Source of the DNA: Novakomyces olei
Lineage: Eukaryota
Reading direction: 5' to 3'
DNA: 64,000 bases
NCBI GenBank assembly: GCA_016906335.1
Contig: JADEYG010000007.1
Span: 2,294,001-2,358,000, forward strand
In this document: positions 58,603-64,000 of the stretch, piece after piece
How positions within the stretch are numbered: the first letter of the stretch is position 1
Layout: every line of letters begins with the position of its first letter
Program-made: the position numbers and the translations under genes
Notes under the pieces: model-generated
The model's database searches: none
Told to the model about the DNA's origin: nothing
Seen by the model: the letters and a program-made list of their open reading frames with translations, nothing else

Positions 58603-59558
58603 TGCCTCCTGAAGAGTGCCTAATTGTCTGTTTTATCCTGTCATTTGCCGATGTTTCCTCCACACTTGATTTCCCATAAAAGTAATCCTTGATATGTGAT
58701 TGTTTTGTAAAAAAATTTGACCCGAAAATGCCATACAATAAAATATTATCATATTATGATTATTATCGTGATTATTGTCTATGATTATTTGATTATCGTA
58801 CTACGAACAGCAGTCTAGAATCTTGCGTTGTTTATCCGCACTATATTACTTGCTAAGAATATCGTTTCTCGAACTTCTTTATCTATGGCTCGAAGGTCAT
58901 TCATTGGTTTTCAGACAAGAAAATTTTTATCGGCGCACTGATAAACAGATAAACCAAGAGATAAACAAAATTAAAGCTTTTATGATACGATGAAAAATTT
59001 ATAGAGGTGTGAAAGAAAAGATCTAAAAATTAAAAAATGAGTGAATAAATAGATAAAGAATAATAAACAAATGAATAAATGAATAAAAATCGAATAAATA
59101 AACAATTTTCGAGTGCTCGACAGCGGTACGGACCGCGAAGTTTTTGTGTACAGAAGGCTGCACTGCTCAATTATACTCTATTAACAATTACAATACGAGT
59201 TTGCTTATAAATAATGGTCTTTAGGCAAGGTCAGGTGTCAATCGCGAGTATTGATATACCGAGTCGAGTATTCTCCTATTATACCAAACTACAAAGAGTC
59301 ACACAACAAACGTAAATATATAAATGAATAAATCACTTTTTCGATACGATCGCATAAACCAAAGCACCGCTCGATAATTTACAAAACTTCATACATACAG
59401 TTATGAACAGTGAACAAGACAAGCCGGGAGAGAACAATCCGGCCGGGAAAACATAAACAAACCACGTCAGCCCCGAGAGCCGAAAGAAAAAAAAAGATAT
59501 AAACAGTGAAGGCAAAAGCAATTATAAAACCCAGGCAGCCGCGTCAACCCCTCCACAA

Positions 59559-61001
59559 TTATGGCTGCGCTTCTTTACGCTTTTGCTCGTGAAGCTCATC
59601 ACTGCTATTCTCCGATCCGTGCGGGATAACACCCTCAGCGGGAGCAGCATCCTCTGCTGGCGCATCGCAATCACGAGCGGCCAGCACGAAATCGTAGGCA
59701 AATTCACCAATCTCTGCATCATCGATACCCTTGAGCTCGTCCTCCTCAGAGGCGCGCAGGGACAGGCCCGGGATCAGGTTCATAATAAAGAGAATAATAC
59801 AGGTAAAGACAAAAGTCCAGATAAATCCGGCGCACAAGTCAGCCAATTGCCAGCCCAATTGCACGTAGTGGTGGGTGAGCCATCCGCCAGTGCCGAGATC
59901 CTCACCGACGGCACCGCTCAGTCCCTGGATGTAGCTGGCGGAGAAAAGGGCGGTAAGAATATCGCCCACCATCCCACCTACACCATGCTCGGCAAAGATA
60001 TCGAGAGCATCGTCCACGCCGATGAGGTACTTTATCTTTGTTGCGTAATTGCACGCAGCTCCGCCAACGACGCCAATAACAATGGCCGACCATGGAGGAA
60101 CGTAACCAGAGGCAGGAGTGATGGCAACCAGACCAGCGACAATGCCAGAGCAGAGGCCGACAGTCGACCATTTACGCTCCAGCCTATAGTCCAGAAGACA
60201 CCATGTAAGCCCACCAGCACAGGCGGCAATATTGGTAACGACACAGGCCATTACGGCATTGAGATTTGCAGCAGCGGCAGAGCCGCCATTGAACCCAAAC
60301 CAACCAAAATACAGGAAAATTGTGCCCAGAACAACGTGTGCCACATTGTGAGGGCGGTAATTGAGCTCGTGAGTGCCATGGCCCCGGCGCTTGCCGAGCA
60401 TGAGCGAGTAAGCGAGGGCAGCAGTGCCGGAAGAGATATGCACGGGAGTGCCTCCGGCATAGTCGAGGGCGCGTCCATTCAGCCATCCGTTTGTGGACCA
60501 GGTCCAATGCGCCAGAGGATCGTACACGACGGTGCTCCATACAAAGACAAACACGATACAGGGCAGCATACGGCCTCGTTCAGCAGCGGCGCCGATAGCG
60601 AGAGCGGCCGTGATTGTGGCAAACATGTTTTGGTAGACGGCAAAGAGCAGATCTGGGACAGCGCCGTTCGGGTAAGCGAGCGTCTCTCGGAAGGCAGCGT
60701 TGGCCAGAGTGCCCAAAATGGGCCCACCGTTCTTTGAAAAGATGAGAGAGTAACCCCAAATGAAAAACTGCAGGGAAACGACACAGTGGCTCATTAGCGC
60801 GAGCCATATGAGCGAAAGAGCGCTCTTGCGGCGAGCAAGGCCCGAGTAAAAGAAGCCGACTCCTGCAGTCGTCATAATAAAGACGAGAGCCGTGGAAGTT
60901 AGGATCCAGGCGAGATCGCCGTGGTCGAAAAACACGTTCAGATCCTCTGTGCGAGAATTGCCGCCATTGGGGAGTACCGGTGTCGGCGTTGATGACGACA
61001 T
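59559..61001 (-). CDS. Ammonium transporter (Amt/Mep family)
   Basis: GFFYSGLARRKSAL, GAAAERGR, DYAGGTPVH, GWFGFNGGS, GLVAITPASG, DDALDIFAEHG (twin-His pore residues), GIDDAEIGEFAY. Confidence 0.98.
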   Translation of the reverse strand: MSSSTPTPVLPNGGNSRTEDLNVFFDHGDLAWILTSTALVFIMTTAGVGFFYSGLARRKSALSLIWLALMSHCVVSLQFFIWGYSLIFSKNGGPILGTLANAAFRETLAYPNGAVPDLLFAVYQNMFATITAALAIGAAAERGRMLPCIVFVFVWSTVVYDPLAHWTWSTNGWLNGRALDYAGGTPVHISSGTAALAYSLMLGKRRGHGTHELNYRPHNVAHVVLGTIFLYFGWFGFNGGSAAAANLNAVMACVVTNIAACAGGLTWCLLDYRLERKWSTVGLCSGIVAGLVAITPASGYVPPWSAIVIGVVGGAACNYATKIKYLIGVDDALDIFAEHGVGGMVGDILTALFSASYIQGLSGAVGEDLGTGGWLTHHYVQLGWQLADLCAGFIWTFVFTCIILFIMNLIPGLSLRASEEDELKGIDDAEIGEFAYDFVLAARDCDAPAEDAAPAEGVIPHGSENSSDELHEQKRKEAQP

Positions 61002-61262
61002 TGCGAGAGGAGAAAGGAGAGAGGAGAGAGGATAGAGCGCTGATTAGGCACTGGAGAAAGGATTAGGCACAGAAAGAAAAACTGAAAGAAAGGATTAGTG
61101 GCTCTGAAAGGGGTCACTAATGTGTCACTAACAGGTCACTAATGGGTCACTATGTAACACGACGAGACTCTGTCGAGGGCAGACCGTCGAGGGCAGAACG
61201 CACGCAAAACGCGCTTTTTTTTGAGTGAGCCAAAGTGGTGTCGCATATGGCGACTGCAACCG

Positions 61263-61375
61263 TATTTATATAGGTGTGCCGCAAATCTTATTGTCTATCA
61301 GTGGAAACGACGATAGATCGATGATGGATAGATAGGTAATGATTGCTAATGTGCTTTGAATAAAAAGATTATCAT
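61263..61375 (-). promoter_or_regulatory. TATA box and clustered GATA motifs upstream of the ammonium permease
   Basis: TATAAATA on the minus strand at ~61263-61270, with several GATA/TATC cores at ~61295-61375. Consistent with GATA-factor nitrogen control, but short motifs may be chance. Confidence 0.45.
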
Positions 61376-63214
61376 TTCGTACCGCGAATACGGCTGTATC
61401 ACGTGTGCAAACAGCACGTCACTCAGTAATCGTGCAGCGACAATAATAATCTTGCCGCGACGGTGGTAACGCGATTCTTCCGGCCAAAATTTTCGTAAGC
61501 TACAAGTAATGCAAAGAAGTCCCTGCCAAGGGTCCGAGGGTCCACTATCGCTCTCAAAATAATCATGTGGAGATTGGATTGATACGTAATGTATGCCATT
61601 ATACTGTCATTCTAATCTGAGCCAAATATTTGGTTTTTCTGGGCAGTCTTTGCCACACTCTTGGGTGAGCTACCGGCGTGATGGGCAATGGCCCGCGTCT
61701 ACTGCCACTTTCCTGATTGTCCGAGTTTTTTAACCAGTCAACTGCTTGCTTGCTTGCTTGTTTGCTTGCGTGCGCAACCTTTCCCGCATTCAGCTTACCT
61801 GTCAACCCACAATACTATGCATATTACTTAATAATACGCCGAAATTTTAATCTAGCCTTGGCCAATCAACGTGCTTGCCGGTCTTTTCCGGAGAGCGAAC
61901 GGCGACCGGTTCCGTAATCAATTAACCCTTTTCGGCGAATATGATTTGCATTGTTATTAATCAGCTCTGATTTGTTTACAACTTGCGACCTCACCCGATC
62001 CTCGAGTCGTCTTATTTTCAAGTGGTGCTAGACTTGTCGTCATGCTGCGATAACAAATATTACCCTACTTGGCCTCGCCGTATCTATGCTGTTGCCAAAC
62101 ACGGGCAGAATGCATTTTTTTTATCTTTGACTGCAAAACAGTATCTCCGTTGAAAACATGTAATGATTACTAAATTTGTGTAAACAGGCCGCTGCTGCCT
62201 TGTTGTATTGCCCTTTATAATGGGAGTTTCGCACTAGTAGAGGCGTGTTTATTCATTGGAGTCGTGCACTAGAGGTATTACTGAGGGATCGCTATGCAGC
62301 TTGTACCCAATGAAATCTATACAGTCTGTGTTAAAGAAATGCCTATGGATCTGACGCATGACTAATTGACAGCGGAGGGTTAAAGTTCGTTTGTTCCAAG
62401 CGATTACTTTAAAAGCTCGCTACTGCGTTCTCTTGGCATAAATACAATGCTATAATAATAGCGATATAAAATGTTACATACATGATAGCGATAGCAGCCC
62501 TGTTTGGGATGTCTGCAGTATAATTGATTACTTTGAATAAAATATTAAAATAAATTCGATTACTTGGAATAAAATACGTAAATAAATATTTGATCTTAAA
62601 CTAGTGCGCTCGTATACGTATGCATAACTAGTGTGCTCGTATACGTTATACGTATACGTCAACTTGTGACTAGAGCGCGTCACAGAATGACCCAATTTTT
62701 TATTACGACGGCCAATCGCTGCCGGCAGCACACAAATTAGAATGTAAAGCCATGCTGAATATTGTATAACTATAAAAGCTGCGATTGGCAAAAAGACTTT
62801 TGGATGGGTCTTTTGCAGTGATATTCATTGGATCGTCTATTTCACAATGTACGGGAACATAACTTAAATCGGGCAAGTAATCATGCCAAATAACCGTTCA
62901 AACCTCGACTGTGCTAAACATCGGCATTGCATGGACGGTCAGGCGTATATAAAGTATTAGGGATCGCTGTGAATAACAAACCTGTTCTCTTTTTCTATAG
63001 AGTCTTAAAAGATGAGCCTATTAACCGTAAAACAAGCAATTCAAAGCTCGCTAAAGTGCGCCATATAAGCATTGCACTAGATGCCTTTCAACTCTGGGCG
63101 CCTGCTCACGGTACCTACAACCTGTAGAGAACTGGGTACAAACCATGCTTAAATAGTGTCTCATTGAATTCATTGGGAAATAGATAATAGTCCTAGCATT
63201 CACGTTATGCGGGT

Positions 63215-63876
63215 CTATTTAACGCGAAAATTACGGCCACTCGCAGTCTTGCGCTCCACTGCTGCAGCTTCCATAACGGTACTTCCGCTGTTTTCAGGTT
63301 TGGCACGATTGAGGACCTTGAGAAACTCGGTCACACGTGCCCGCATGCGCTGATGCATGTACGCCTTGCTCGCTTTAATATGATAGTGCAAAGTATTACG
63401 GAAAACCTCAATCAACGAGATACATTCTTCCCTCCGAGTACGCTCAAAGTGTCGAGGGAAAAGGGTAAACGTGACATAGCCCACATCGTCATTGTTCTTT
63501 TGAAGCTTGCTCTCCACTGATCGCAATTCAAGCGGAGGATCCCGGTACGAGTACCTCACTTGCGGAGCGTTCTGAATCGCCGGCCGCCGCCTGGCATCAA
63601 CAAACTCTTGAAGAAAGACTTTGCCAAAGATTCTATCTGTTTCCTCTCTAAATATGGTGGAAAAGATGACGGTTACACGATCTGCTGCCGGAATGACATA
63701 GATAGCCTCCTCTTCCCGATAATTTATAGACATCATTTCCTGTTCCCGAGGCAGTTCGTCCGGTTGAGCTGTTTCTGCAGAGAGACTGGACTGTATATCG
63801 AATGCCCGCTCGAACGGAGCCGCAAGTGCGTTGCGTTTCATCAACGCCAGCTTTAATAAGAATGACTCTAATTGTT
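63215..63876 (-). CDS. ARPC2: Arp2/3 complex subunit 2 (p34), last exon; 5' part lies beyond the window
   Basis: YREEEAIYV, DRVTVIFSTIFREETDRIFGKVFLQEFVDARRR, NAPQV, HYHIKASKAYMHQRMR, VLNRAKPE. Acceptor TAG at 63877-63879. Confidence 0.97.
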
Positions 63877-64000
63877 CTAGCCAGTTAGATTATACTCAAA
63901 TAAGAAATAAACTCGATAAAAATGCAGCATATTCCACTCGAGACCAGAAAGCCAAAGGCGCGAGTCTCTTGTTTTATCTTTAAAAAGCATATCCAGACAC

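Noticed and set aside
59583-60737. 384-aa antisense ORF over the ammonium transporter
   Set aside because: Shadow frame of a codon-biased gene; no recognisable motifs.

Overview
Fungal nuclear DNA: compact, intron-containing genes with GT..CTRAY..YAG/AAG introns and many micro- and minisatellites. The tRNA-Lys(CTT) and ARPC2 sequences look Schizosaccharomyces-like, so a Taphrinomycotina-type ascomycete is inferred but not proven. Most of the window is housekeeping genes: UPF1, a Zn2Cys6 factor, Pex28/29-like, MRPL36, MFAP1, RPL43, ARP6, RPL23, a SAM methyltransferase, a BBC1/AIM3-like protein, dihydropyrimidinase, a D-2-hydroxyacid dehydrogenase, EFM3, tRNA-Lys, PMC1, NUP84, VMA5, a PaaI-type thioesterase, an ARN/SIT-like MFS transporter, DPH5, an ammonium permease and ARPC2. 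The standout is an intronless 7.5-kb iterative type I PKS (23248-30735) with the domain order KS-AT-ACPx3-KR-DH-PPTase. Its motifs match bacterial enediyne PKS (PksE) rather than any standard fungal PKS class. It sits among fungal genes without the thioesterase or E3/E4/E5 partners, suggesting a horizontally acquired, self-activating polyene synthase. Secondary observations: long (ATT)n tracts in divergent promoters, a GC-AG intron, a CHAP-like catalytic motif set in a proline-rich protein, spliced micro-genes missed by the ORF track, and a speculative structured ncRNA near 57.2-57.7 kb. All family assignments are from recalled motifs; no database search was run.
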